Shown here one piece after another: positions 16,457 to 26,064 of a stretch of DNA of 64,000 bases. The translations under genes were made by a program, and so were the position numbers. The stretch is from assembly GCA_003512955.1 (NCBI GenBank), contig DOTG01000026.1, forward strand, positions 12,083-76,082, read 5' to 3'. Below the pieces are notes generated by a model. The model worked only from the letters and a program-made list of their open reading frames with translations, made no database searches and had not been told where the DNA came from. The first letter of the stretch is position 1. Each line of letters opens with the position of its first letter. The DNA is from Marinilabiliales bacterium. Its GTDB lineage: Bacteria; Bacteroidota; Bacteroidia; Bacteroidales; SZUA-534.

Positions 16457-18781
16457 GTGAAAAAGGCATTCATTATTGCATGGATTTCCGCTACAACCTG
16501 GATAGTTCCGGCTACTAACATTGATAGCTTATTAAACCTATATTCCAACACAAAGGGTGCACAAAAAACAGAAATCCTCATTCAACTTTCTGAAGCATAC
16601 GTCGAGGATAGTGCTTCGCTGGCGCTTTCATTTGCCCAGGAAGCGATGCAGTCAATAAACCACATAAAAGAGACCAAATTTTATGCAACAGCCCTCGATG
16701 CCCTAATAAATGCCCTGATTGAAACAGAACGATACGACACAGCCCTCGTCTGCATTGAGGAGTTAATTGATTTACATAAAAATAAAAATGACGAAGCATT
16801 TATTCTGGCAACCCTGAAAAAAGCCCAATGCTTCCGATCATTAAAAAAATCGGAACAGGCCTTTGAAGTTTATGACGGCTTGCTTTCAGCTTCATCAAAC
16901 TTCGGGAATAAAAAGCTGGCTCAAAAAATCTATGATCAATACATCAATGCCTCATTCAAACTATCCAACTTTGGGAAAACCAATGATTTAATTCTGGAAA
17001 AACTTAGCATCGACTCCACATTAAATGATAGCTCAGGTTTGGGTGAGGATTACAACAACTTATCGACCATAAGACGGAAACAGGGCATCTATCCCGAGGC
17101 AATCATGTACAACCGGAAGGCTTTGGAAATATTCGGAAAAATAAACGATTTGCCCGGATTGGCAAGTACCTATTCATCGTTGGGGGGGATTTATTACTAT
17201 ACCGATGATTATGAACAGGCCATTCGACACTTTATTAAAGCTGCTGAGATATTTGAAAAACTGAAAGACATAAAAATCCTACCCGGCGTTTATAACAACA
17301 TGGGAAGTGTTTTTAATGAACTGAAAAATTATCCAAAAGCGTTAGAATATTATAAAAAGGCTCTGACTTTATATAAGAAACAAAACAACCGTTTTGCTGA
17401 AGCAATTGTCACCGGAAACCTGGGTTTGGTTCTGGTTGGAATGGGTTATTACGATCAGGCGGAAAACTATTTCAACAAATCACTCCTGCTCCAAAAAGCT
17501 TTAGAAAATATCGAAGGAATCCTTCATTCATATTCGAATCTGGGCGGTTTGAATTTGAAAAAAGGAAATTTTGAAGAATCGGAAAAAAACTATCAAATAG
17601 CTTTACAAATGGCTGTTGAGGGTGGATATGTTTATGAGCAACTCAACATCTCAAAAGAAATGGTTGACCTTTTGGAAGCCAAAGGCGAATTTAAAGAGGC
17701 TTTGCAACTGATGAAGCAATACCAGACTTTAAAAGACACCCTGCAAAATCAGGAATCGCGCGATCAACTGAATGAAATGCAGGCCCAGCTTGATTTAAAA
17801 GATCACCAGGTTCAAATTGAACTGCTCAACAAAGAAAACGAAATAGCCACCGAAAAATTTAAACGCCAACAAGTCATTTCCTTTGGTGTAATCCTTATTG
17901 CTGGTCTTCTGCTCATCTTGGTGGTCATTGTATTTTTGGCCCTCCGTTTCAACCGGAAGGCCAAAATTAAACTCGAACATCAGAATACTGAAATTTCAAG
18001 ACAAAACACCATCATTCAAATAAAAAACAAACAGTTTACCGACAGCATTGCTTATGCCGGAAGGGTCCAGAAGGCTCTTTTTTCACCATTGTCCAACCTG
18101 GAAGAGTTTCTGGAAGGCTTTTTCATTACCTCAAAACCTCAAAACCTGGTAAGTGGCGACTTTTTCTGGTATAAAATTGTTGGCCAGAAATTATTCCTGG
18201 CATTGGCAGATTGCACCGGACATGGGGTTCCGGGGGCTTTTATGAGCATTTTGGGCAACACGCTTCTTAACGAAGTGATAGAAGATAATTGTCGAAAAAC
18301 ACCCAACCAGATTCTGGATGAATTGCGCGATAAAATTAAAACATCGCTGCATCAAAAAAACATGCAGGGAAATACTGACGGTATGGATGTATCACTTTGT
18401 ATCATCTCAAAAGAAGAAAAACTGATTCACTTTGCAGGAGCTTATAATCCTTTGTTCCGTTGGCGCAAAGGCATTATCGCTGAATTTAAAGCCGATAAGA
18501 TGCCCGTTTCTATAAGCATGAAAGAACTCCCGTTCACGATGCAGGTCATTCCTATCGAGGCCGGTGACCTTTTCTATCTTTCCACCGATGGGTACTTTGA
18601 CCAATTTGGAGGGCCTTATTTTGAAAAAATAACACGGAAAAATTTCAAGGAACTGGCAGTCAATCACGGTAGGCTTCCCCTCAAAGAACAAGCGGAGAAG
18701 TTCAGTAACTTTTTTGAAGCATGGAAAAACAACAATGAACAGACCGATGACATGACTGTTGTTGGTTTTCAAATTATTTAG
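16457..18781 (+). CDS. TPR-repeat / single-TM / PP2C-type (SpoIIE-family) protein phosphatase
   Basis: GTG start at 16457. There are multiple TPR-like repeats (for example YNNLSTIRRKQGIYPEAIMYNRKALEIF and YNNMGSVFNELKNYPKALEYYKKAL), a coiled coil and a TM helix VISFGVILIAGLLLILVVIVFLAL. The C-terminal PP2C/SpoIIE motifs are SGDFFWY, ADCTGHGVPGAFMS, STDGYFDQFGG and QTDDMTVVGFQI. Confidence 0.8.
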   Translation: MKKAFIIAWISATTWIVPATNIDSLLNLYSNTKGAQKTEILIQLSEAYVEDSASLALSFAQEAMQSINHIKETKFYATALDALINALIETERYDTALVCIEELIDLHKNKNDEAFILATLKKAQCFRSLKKSEQAFEVYDGLLSASSNFGNKKLAQKIYDQYINASFKLSNFGKTNDLILEKLSIDSTLNDSSGLGEDYNNLSTIRRKQGIYPEAIMYNRKALEIFGKINDLPGLASTYSSLGGIYYYTDDYEQAIRHFIKAAEIFEKLKDIKILPGVYNNMGSVFNELKNYPKALEYYKKALTLYKKQNNRFAEAIVTGNLGLVLVGMGYYDQAENYFNKSLLLQKALENIEGILHSYSNLGGLNLKKGNFEESEKNYQIALQMAVEGGYVYEQLNISKEMVDLLEAKGEFKEALQLMKQYQTLKDTLQNQESRDQLNEMQAQLDLKDHQVQIELLNKENEIATEKFKRQQVISFGVILIAGLLLILVVIVFLALRFNRKAKIKLEHQNTEISRQNTIIQIKNKQFTDSIAYAGRVQKALFSPLSNLEEFLEGFFITSKPQNLVSGDFFWYKIVGQKLFLALADCTGHGVPGAFMSILGNTLLNEVIEDNCRKTPNQILDELRDKIKTSLHQKNMQGNTDGMDVSLCIISKEEKLIHFAGAYNPLFRWRKGIIAEFKADKMPVSISMKELPFTMQVIPIEAGDLFYLSTDGYFDQFGGPYFEKITRKNFKELAVNHGRLPLKEQAEKFSNFFEAWKNNNEQTDDMTVVGFQII

Positions 18782-18792
18782 CCACAAATTTT

Positions 18793-21252
18793 ATGGTATC
18801 ATACAATATTCAGGACATTGCAAACATCTTAGGCGGTACGTTAATTAAAGAATCTGGAGGAAAATTCACCTACCTGCTCATTGATAGCCGAAAAATATTA
18901 TTCCCGCGGGAAAGCCTCTTTTTTGCACTGCGGGGCATCCGCAACGACGGGCATTTGTTCCTAAGCGATCTGTATCAAACCGGGGTACGGAATTTTGTTG
19001 TAGAAGAATTTCCGGCAGATCTTTCCCTGTTTCCCCGTGCCAATTTTGTAAAGGTTGAAAATTCCTTAAAAGCCCTCCAAAAATTAGTACAATGGCACCG
19101 AAGCCAGATTTCATTACCAGTTCTGGGTATTGCAGGAAGCAACGGTAAAACCATCATTAAGGAGTGGATATACCAATGTTTGACCCCCGAAAAATATGTC
19201 ATCCGCAACCCAAAAAGCTTTAACAGCCAGGTGGGCGTGCCTTTATCGGTTTGGCTTTTAACACCTGAAGCCGATTTAGGAGTTTTTGAAGCAGGCATTT
19301 CACAACCCGGCGAAATGGAAGTCCTGCAAAAGATTATCAGACCTACCCTGGGCATCTTTACCAACATCGGGGATGCACATCAGGAGAATTTTGATTCGTT
19401 GGACCAAAAACTGGATGAAAAGCTTTCCCTTTTTAAAGAATCTGAGACATTAATTTATTGCAGCGATAACGGCTTGGTGCACCAGAAAATGAGCCGATTG
19501 AGCAAACTGGGGGTCCGGCTTTTCTCATGGAGCACCTCGCGTAAAGCAGACTTAGAAATCCGTCAAATTGCACATCAAAATAACCAGACTTTAGTTTCGG
19601 CTACTTTTCAGGAGCGTACCGTTTCAGTCCGGATTCCTTTTGTGGACAAAGCTTCTATCGAAAACGCCATCCACGTGTGGTGTTTCCTTTTGCTTCAGAA
19701 GTTCGCCGATGAATACATCTCTTTAAAAATCAGCCAGCTTGAGAATGTGGCCATGAGGCTTGAACTGAAAGAGGGAAACAACAACTGCACCATTATTAAC
19801 GACAGCTACAATTCCGATTTGGAATCGCTGCATATTGCGCTGGATTTTTTAGCGCATCAAAAACAACACAAGCAAAAAATCCTAATCCTTTCAGATATTG
19901 CCCAAAGTGGCTACCAAAAACAGGATTTATACCGGCAGGTGGCCAATATGATCAAACAAAAACAGGTAGACCGGTTGATTGGGATTGGAACCGGGATTAG
20001 TGAATTTTCGGAATTGTTTGAACTAAGGAAAGAGTTTTATCATACAACACAACAATTTCTCCAAAGCCAGGAATGGCAAAGGTTTCACGACAGTTCCATT
20101 CTATTGAAAGGGGCCCGGGCATTTGCATTCGAGGATATTGGTCAATTGCTCCAAAAACAAAACCACCGCACCATCTTTGAAATTGATTTGAATGGCATTG
20201 AATACAATATCAACTATTTTAAAAAGAAATTAAAACCCACCACCGGCATTATTGCCATGCTCAAAGCTTCGGGATATGGCAGCGGTACCCACGAAATTGC
20301 CAACCTCTGTCAATATCAAAGAGTTGGGGCTATCGCGGTGGCTTTTCCTGACGAAGGGATTGAACTCCGTCAACGTGGCATTTCGGCACCAATTATTGTA
20401 ATGAATCCTGAAGATGAAAGTTTTACCGGGATGATTGAAAACCAGTTGGAGCCACAGATCTACAATTTCCGTTCGTTACATGAATTTGACAAGGCGGCCC
20501 GTCATGTAGCCACAAAACCTTTTCCTATTCACCTGAAATTAGATACAGGCATGCACCGTTCGGGATTTTTACCGGAAGAAATCGAGCCTTTGGTTGGGGT
20601 ATTGCAAGAGCTAAAGCATGTAAAGGTCTCCACCATTTATTCGCATCTGGCTTCGGCCGATGAACCCGAACAGGATGATTTTACCCACGAACAGGCGCAT
20701 CTTTTTGAAGAAATGAGCCAAAGAATCATGAACACACTTGCCTACCCTGTAAAACGCCACTTGGTCAATTCGGCAGGTATTGAGCGCTTCCCGCAATATC
20801 AATACGATATGGTCCGTCTGGGTATTGGAATGTACGGAGTAAGTGCTGTTGGGGCTCCGCTTTCGCAAGTTGGGACACTAAGCAGTTCCATCATTCAATT
20901 AAAAAAAATAACCAAAGGCAAAACTGTAGGTTATTCGCGCAAAGGAAAAGTGATAACCGATTCGGTAATTGCTACAGTCCCGGTTGGTTATGCCGATGGA
21001 TTGCGGCGGATTCTCAGTAATGGCGTTGGGAAAATGTGGATCAATGGTCAATTGGTGCCCATTATCGGCAATGTGTGTATGGATATGTGCATGCTGGATG
21101 TGACCGGATTGGATGTGAAAGAGGGCGACCGGGTAGAGATATTTGGCAAACATTTAACCGTGAACCAATTGGCCGAATGGATGCAGACCATTCCTTATGA
21201 AGTGCTTACAGGCATTTCGCGCCGGGTAAAACGGACTTATCATGTGGAATAA
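18793..21252 (+). CDS. murF-alr: bifunctional UDP-MurNAc-tripeptide:D-Ala-D-Ala ligase (MurF) / alanine racemase (Alr) fusion
   Basis: 819 aa. The N-terminal half has the Mur ligase P-loop GIAGSNGKT. The C-terminal half from about aa 455 has racemase features: PLP-lysine region AMLKASGYGSG, HLKLDTGMHRSG, GIGMYG and VPVGYADG. Confidence 0.85.
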   Translation: MVSYNIQDIANILGGTLIKESGGKFTYLLIDSRKILFPRESLFFALRGIRNDGHLFLSDLYQTGVRNFVVEEFPADLSLFPRANFVKVENSLKALQKLVQWHRSQISLPVLGIAGSNGKTIIKEWIYQCLTPEKYVIRNPKSFNSQVGVPLSVWLLTPEADLGVFEAGISQPGEMEVLQKIIRPTLGIFTNIGDAHQENFDSLDQKLDEKLSLFKESETLIYCSDNGLVHQKMSRLSKLGVRLFSWSTSRKADLEIRQIAHQNNQTLVSATFQERTVSVRIPFVDKASIENAIHVWCFLLLQKFADEYISLKISQLENVAMRLELKEGNNNCTIINDSYNSDLESLHIALDFLAHQKQHKQKILILSDIAQSGYQKQDLYRQVANMIKQKQVDRLIGIGTGISEFSELFELRKEFYHTTQQFLQSQEWQRFHDSSILLKGARAFAFEDIGQLLQKQNHRTIFEIDLNGIEYNINYFKKKLKPTTGIIAMLKASGYGSGTHEIANLCQYQRVGAIAVAFPDEGIELRQRGISAPIIVMNPEDESFTGMIENQLEPQIYNFRSLHEFDKAARHVATKPFPIHLKLDTGMHRSGFLPEEIEPLVGVLQELKHVKVSTIYSHLASADEPEQDDFTHEQAHLFEEMSQRIMNTLAYPVKRHLVNSAGIERFPQYQYDMVRLGIGMYGVSAVGAPLSQVGTLSSSIIQLKKITKGKTVGYSRKGKVITDSVIATVPVGYADGLRRILSNGVGKMWINGQLVPIIGNVCMDMCMLDVTGLDVKEGDRVEIFGKHLTVNQLAEWMQTIPYEVLTGISRRVKRTYHVE

Positions 21253-21974
21253 TGAGTTTTGATCCTATCAACGACCCGATGGGCCAAGCCATTCACGATT
21301 ATTACTACCAAAAGAAATGCAACAAATTGGTGGTAAAATCAGACATTGCCGAAGATGACAACATTGAGGTATCCTATCTTTTCCGTGAATTTAACCAGAT
21401 GCCTAAGCTTGAAAAAACCGCGTTAAAAAACTGCCGGGGAAGCGTGCTCGATGTGGGTGCAGGAGCAGGTTGCCATTCATTGTGGCTTCAGCAAAAACGG
21501 CTATCAGTAACTGCTTTGGAAATTTCTCATTTGACAACTGAAGTTTTAACGTTACGTGGAATTAAAAAGGTTCTGATGTCCAACTTTTTCGATGCACCTT
21601 CCAATGAAACCTACGACACACTTCTTTTCCTGATGAATGGCATTGGCATTGCACAAACATTGAAGGAATTGCCTGTTTTTTTTGAAAAATGTAAGCAGTT
21701 GCTAAACCCGGATGGCCAGATTTTGTTAGACTCCTCAGACCTGATTTATCTTTTCGGGAATGATAAAGAAGGTTTCCTAATTGATTTGATGGGAGCCTAT
21801 TATGGCGAAGTAACCTACCAACTCAGGTATGGACGGACCAAAGGGATTCCCTTCCATTGGTTGTTTATTGATTTTCATACATTGACCGATTATGCACTCC
21901 AAGCGGGTTTCAGGTGCGAACTTTTGGAATCGGGGGAACATTACGATTATTTGGCGAAACTCACCCTATTGTAA
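21252..21974 (+). CDS. class I SAM-dependent methyltransferase
   Basis: Motif I VLDVGAGAGCHS. The start ATG overlaps the murF-alr stop (TAATG). Confidence 0.7.
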   Translation: MSFDPINDPMGQAIHDYYYQKKCNKLVVKSDIAEDDNIEVSYLFREFNQMPKLEKTALKNCRGSVLDVGAGAGCHSLWLQQKRLSVTALEISHLTTEVLTLRGIKKVLMSNFFDAPSNETYDTLLFLMNGIGIAQTLKELPVFFEKCKQLLNPDGQILLDSSDLIYLFGNDKEGFLIDLMGAYYGEVTYQLRYGRTKGIPFHWLFIDFHTLTDYALQAGFRCELLESGEHYDYLAKLTLL

Positions 21975-21980
21975 TCGGTT

Positions 21981-22616
21981 TTATTCCATTTCCTCAGCCT
22001 CTTCCAAGTCAGCCAGGCATTCACGCAGTCGTTGGATATTTTTACCGTAAATCCAACTAAAATAGCGCTGTTGCAGCCAATAGCCTCCCCACGAAATCAT
22101 GACCAAGAACCCCAGAATCAGCAGCACGTTGATCCATTTCATCAAGCCATGCCATTCGGTTTGGGTAGCCGCGCTATGAAAACCTAACATAAAACCACCA
22201 AGGCCAGCCAGAGGCATTAAAAATACCGACATCCGGATGTACTGCCTGACCAGTTTCTCAAACCGGTTGATAAACTCGGTCAGATAGGTTTTTAAATCGG
22301 TGTGGTTTGAGAATTTTAGACGGATAACTTTGTAATAAGGAATAAAACTAAATGCCAGAATTATAATTATAAAAGCCAAGGCAAATTTGGTATCTCCCGG
22401 GTTGATAAACCGGACATACAACACCATAGCCAGCGACAGAAGCAGGGCTACCGACCATTCGGTGATGATCTTGCGCCTGATTTTGGCCAGCTCGTTGTTT
22501 GAGCGCCCCTTGACAATCCGTTTAATCTCCTCGGCAGAATAGTCTTTTAAACTGCCCCGGTCAGAGATTGCCTTCCAAGCATTTCTCAAATTATCAAGTT
22601 CATTCATCATCTTCAA
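21981..22616 (-). CDS. four-TM membrane protein, possible non-canonical anti-sigma partner of the upstream ECF sigma
   Basis: Its 5' end overlaps the sigma gene by 17 nt. It has a cytoplasmic N-terminal region of about 55 aa, then four hydrophobic helices (WSVALLLSLAMVLYVRF, FALAFIIIILAFSFIPYY, VFLMPLAGLGGFMLGF, INVLLILGFLVMISWGGYWL). There is no HxxxCxxC motif. Confidence 0.55.
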   Translation of the reverse strand: MKMMNELDNLRNAWKAISDRGSLKDYSAEEIKRIVKGRSNNELAKIRRKIITEWSVALLLSLAMVLYVRFINPGDTKFALAFIIIILAFSFIPYYKVIRLKFSNHTDLKTYLTEFINRFEKLVRQYIRMSVFLMPLAGLGGFMLGFHSAATQTEWHGLMKWINVLLILGFLVMISWGGYWLQQRYFSWIYGKNIQRLRECLADLEEAEEME

Positions 22617-23100
22617 TCAGCTTTTTTAACCGTTTCTTCACCCGGTTCATTTTTACCTTAATATTCGTCACTGTCAGACCTAAAATCTCCGAAATTTCAG
22701 CATAAGCCACATCTTCGAGATACAACAACACCAGCGAACGGTCCACATCGCTAAGCTTTTGAATAGCCCGGTGCAGCGATGCCACCAGCTCCACCTTTTC
22801 CTCGGCCACGTAAAACGGGGTATCGTCGTGCATGCCAAAAAGCTTTTCGTCATCCCGGTCATTCAGCCGGTGCTTTTTCTCCTTCCGAATCCACGAAATA
22901 GCCGTGTTAATAGAGACCCGGTATAGCCACGTGGAAAACTTCGAATCGCCCTTAAACTGAGGATACGCCCGCCATACCTGGATACAAATCTCCTGAAACA
23001 TATCGTCCGACTCTGCCCTGTTTTGGGCATACATCAAACACACTTTGCGGATCAATGGCTGAAACTCCTTTATTTTTATTATGGCCTCGTCGCTGCTCAC
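22600..23100 (-). CDS. ECF-type RNA polymerase sigma-70 factor
   Basis: Region 2 is DMFQEICIQVWRAYPQF...WLYRVSINTAISWIRK. Region 4 HTH is VAYAEISEILGLTVTNIKVKMNRVKKRL. Confidence 0.85.
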   Translation of the reverse strand: MSSDEAIIKIKEFQPLIRKVCLMYAQNRAESDDMFQEICIQVWRAYPQFKGDSKFSTWLYRVSINTAISWIRKEKKHRLNDRDDEKLFGMHDDTPFYVAEEKVELVASLHRAIQKLSDVDRSLVLLYLEDVAYAEISEILGLTVTNIKVKMNRVKKRLKKLIEDDE

Positions 23101-23390
23101 TCAAGTTTAAGTTTATAGGTAAGTCGGATCGGAATTCGGTTGGTTACAAGATAGAGGAATTTTTTATTCCAACCCAAAAACCCGCTTTCGAATCTCTCTT
23201 TTCTTGAGAAGTTTTCATGGCAACGTGCTGACAAATTTTCTTTATAAAAGCTGGCAGTAAAGAAAACTCAGTAAATATGACAGAAGTACATTTGAATTAA
23301 TTCCATTTCCAATCCAAAATAGCTTCAAAAAATATAGGCACTGAATTTGTTAAGTGGCATGCTTTACAGTTAAAAGCAAACATTTTTCAT

Positions 23391-23398
23391 TACATTTG
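23391..23398 (+). promoter_or_regulatory. candidate -7 box for rsfS-ftsH
   Basis: TACATTTG, 15 nt upstream of ATG 23414. Confidence 0.45.
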
Positions 23399-23413
23399 TG
23401 GCAAATTAAGAAT

Positions 23414-23779
23414 ATGATTAAAACCGTTGCAAAACAGACGCTAAAAAATGTAGTCGTTGAAGCAATTAAAGATAAAAAAGGGAAAGAAATCGTGGTTTTA
23501 GACATGAATGATTTACATCAGTCCATCGCCGATTACTTTGTCATCTGTCATGGCGATTCGAACACTCAGGTGGATGCCATAGCCAACCACATTGAGCGGC
23601 AAGCCCGGACAGAAATACGTGAGCATTTGATACATCGCGAAGGTTCCGACAATTCCCAATGGATTCTTTTAGATTATGGAAACGTGGTGGTTCATGTGTT
23701 TCAGGAACCTTTCCGCCGCTTTTATAACCTGGAAGATTTATGGGCCGATGCAAATACTGAATTAATTAAAGACGAATAA
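23414..23779 (+). CDS. rsfS: ribosome silencing factor RsfS
   Basis: IVVLDMNDLHQSIADYFVICHGDSNTQVDAIA and WILLDYGNVVVHVFQ. The start is set at ATG 23414 (121 aa). A TACATTTG -7 box at 23391-23398 lies inside the longer track ORF. Confidence 0.85.
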   Translation: MIKTVAKQTLKNVVVEAIKDKKGKEIVVLDMNDLHQSIADYFVICHGDSNTQVDAIANHIERQARTEIREHLIHREGSDNSQWILLDYGNVVVHVFQEPFRRFYNLEDLWADANTELIKDE

Positions 23780-23792
23780 TACAAACTACTCA

Positions 23793-25844
23793 ATGAGCGA
23801 GAACAACAATCCCAAAAAAGAAGCAGGAACGGGTTCAAAACCCGAATCCAATTCAAAAAACAACGACAAGAAATCAAAATTCAACATAACCTGGGTTTAT
23901 GCTTTGATTGCCATTTCACTGTTTGGTATCTTTTTATTTCAACCAACCAACGAACCCATAGAGGTTACCTGGAACCGCTTTGAACAGGAAATGCTTAAAG
24001 CTAACGATGTTCAAAAGATTGAAGTGGTAAACAATAAAAAGGTTGAAATCTACATCAGACCCGACCGGTTGAAAGATCAAAAATACAATGAGGTTAACAA
24101 TCAAAAGAAGAGTACCTTTTCAACGTCACAAAACCCGCAGTATTTTTTTACCATTGGTTCGGTAGAGGCTTTTGAAAACCGTATGGATGAAGCTCAAAAA
24201 GACTTCGACCCTAAAGAACGGATTGACATCAGCTTTGTGGAACGGAACAACCATTTTGAAACCATCCTAAATTGGCTGCTGTTTCCTCTCCTGCTGATTG
24301 GCGTTTGGCTCTTCATCTTCCGGAAAATGGCCGGCCCCAATGGTGCCGGTGGCCAAATCTTTAACATCGGGAAATCAAAAGCCAAAATTTTTGATAAAGA
24401 CACTGCCGAAGTAAAAGTTGACTTTAAAGATGTAGCCGGTTTGGAAGAGGCAAAAGTTGAAATTAAAGAGATTGTGGACTTTTTAAAGAACCCGCAAAAA
24501 TATACCCAGCTAGGAGGTAAAATACCAAAAGGCGCCCTTTTGGTAGGCCCTCCAGGAACAGGAAAAACCCTGCTGGCCAAAGCTGTAGCCGGCGAAGCAC
24601 ATGTACCTTTCTTTTCCATGTCGGGTTCCGATTTTGTCGAAATGTTTGTAGGTGTAGGTGCCTCAAGGGTCCGCGACCTGTTTAAACAGGCCAAAGAAAA
24701 GGCCCCTTGTATCATTTTTATTGATGAAATTGATGCCATTGGCCGGGCCCGCGGAAAAAACCCAAACTGGGGAGCCAACGACGAGCGTGAAAATACATTG
24801 AACCAACTGCTTACTGAAATGGACGGTTTTGGCACCAACAGCGGTGTTATCATTCTTGCCGCCACCAACCGGGCCGATATTTTAGACCGGGCACTGTTAA
24901 GAGCCGGCCGTTTCGACCGTCAGATTCATGTGGAATTGCCCGACTTGAACGAACGGAAAGAGATATTTAAAGTACACCTGCGGCCCTTGCAAAAATTAGG
25001 AGCCGATGTAAACCCTGAATTCCTGGCCAAACAGACCCCCGGGTTCAGTGGTGCCGATATTGCCAATGTAACCAACGAGGCCGCGTTGATAGCTGCCCGC
25101 AAAGAAAAACAATTGGTTGAAAAGCAAGACTTCTTAGATGCCATCGACCGGATTGTAGGTGGTTTGGAAAAAAAGAACAAAATCATCTCGTTGGAGGAGA
25201 AAAAAACCATTGCCTATCATGAGGCTGGTCACGCTACGGTAAGTTGGATACTGGAACATGCCAATCCTCTTATTAAAGTGACCATCGTCCCTCGCGGTCA
25301 GGCACTGGGAGCAGCCTGGTATTTGCCTGAAGAACGACAATTGACTACCAAAGAACAAATGTTGGACGAAATGTGTGCCATACTTGGCGGACGTGCCGCC
25401 GAAGATCTCTTCTTTGGCAAAATCTCGACAGGTGCCCTGAATGACCTGGAAAAAGTGACCAAACAGTCGTATGCCATGGTTTCCTATTTTGGAATGAGCG
25501 ACCGGATTGGAAACGTGAGTTTCTATGATTCCACCGGACAAAACGAATACACATTCAACAAACCCTACAGCGAAGAAACCGCTAAAGCTATCGACGAAGA
25601 AACAAAAAAAATAATTGACCAAGCTTATGTCCGTGCCAAAGAAGTTTTAAATACCTTTAAAACTCAACACAATGCTTTAGGCGAATTGCTTTTAGAGAAA
25701 GAAGTGCTTTTTGCCGAAGATTTAGAACGGATATTGGGACCGCGCCCAAATGGTAAAACTCCCTATTCAGACGATGATCAAGCTCAAAAAAATAAGGGGG
25801 CAGTTCCTGATAACGTTCCAAATGATTCTAATACAAGTGTATAG
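23793..25844 (+). CDS. ftsH: ATP-dependent zinc metalloprotease FtsH
   Basis: Walker [19 protein letters not shown], Walker [13 protein letters not shown] region, zinc site HEAGHA, and N-terminal TM helices. Confidence 0.95.
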   Translation: MSENNNPKKEAGTGSKPESNSKNNDKKSKFNITWVYALIAISLFGIFLFQPTNEPIEVTWNRFEQEMLKANDVQKIEVVNNKKVEIYIRPDRLKDQKYNEVNNQKKSTFSTSQNPQYFFTIGSVEAFENRMDEAQKDFDPKERIDISFVERNNHFETILNWLLFPLLLIGVWLFIFRKMAGPNGAGGQIFNIGKSKAKIFDKDTAEVKVDFKDVAGLEEAKVEIKEIVDFLKNPQKYTQLGGKIPKGALLVGPPGTGKTLLAKAVAGEAHVPFFSMSGSDFVEMFVGVGASRVRDLFKQAKEKAPCIIFIDEIDAIGRARGKNPNWGANDERENTLNQLLTEMDGFGTNSGVIILAATNRADILDRALLRAGRFDRQIHVELPDLNERKEIFKVHLRPLQKLGADVNPEFLAKQTPGFSGADIANVTNEAALIAARKEKQLVEKQDFLDAIDRIVGGLEKKNKIISLEEKKTIAYHEAGHATVSWILEHANPLIKVTIVPRGQALGAAWYLPEERQLTTKEQMLDEMCAILGGRAAEDLFFGKISTGALNDLEKVTKQSYAMVSYFGMSDRIGNVSFYDSTGQNEYTFNKPYSEETAKAIDEETKKIIDQAYVRAKEVLNTFKTQHNALGELLLEKEVLFAEDLERILGPRPNGKTPYSDDDQAQKNKGAVPDNVPNDSNTSV

Positions 25845-25864
25845 AACTATTTGAATCAAAATAT

Positions 25865-26062
25865 ATGGAATCTGATTGGGTTATTGCCTACAGCACTTCC
25901 AAGCCATATCTTGCCGAAATGGCGAAAGATATGCTTGAAGATCACGACATTGATTGCGTAGTGTTAAACCAACAGGATTCCATTTACTTTTTTGGAGACA
26001 TTGATATTCTTGTAAAGCCCGATGATTTGATTCGGGCTAAATTTTTGTTAAAAGACCTATAA
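25865..26062 (+). CDS. small DUF2007-like protein (putative signal-transducing fold)
   Basis: 65 aa. The pattern WVIAYSTSKPYLAEMAKDMLEDHDIDCVVLN...ILVKPDDLIRAKFLL resembles DUF2007. It is tightly packed between ftsH and cdsA. Confidence 0.55.
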   Translation: MESDWVIAYSTSKPYLAEMAKDMLEDHDIDCVVLNQQDSIYFFGDIDILVKPDDLIRAKFLLKDL

Positions 26063-26064
26063 AT

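Noticed and set aside
24194-25622. Long antisense ORFs inside ftsH (24194-24868, 224 aa; 25134-25622, 162 aa; plus shorter ones)
   Set aside because: They lie entirely opposite a very well supported gene and have low-complexity, Ser/Pro/Arg-rich translations. They have no signal, no motif and no independent promoter or terminator. This is the typical shadow-ORF pattern for the complementary frame of a coding region.
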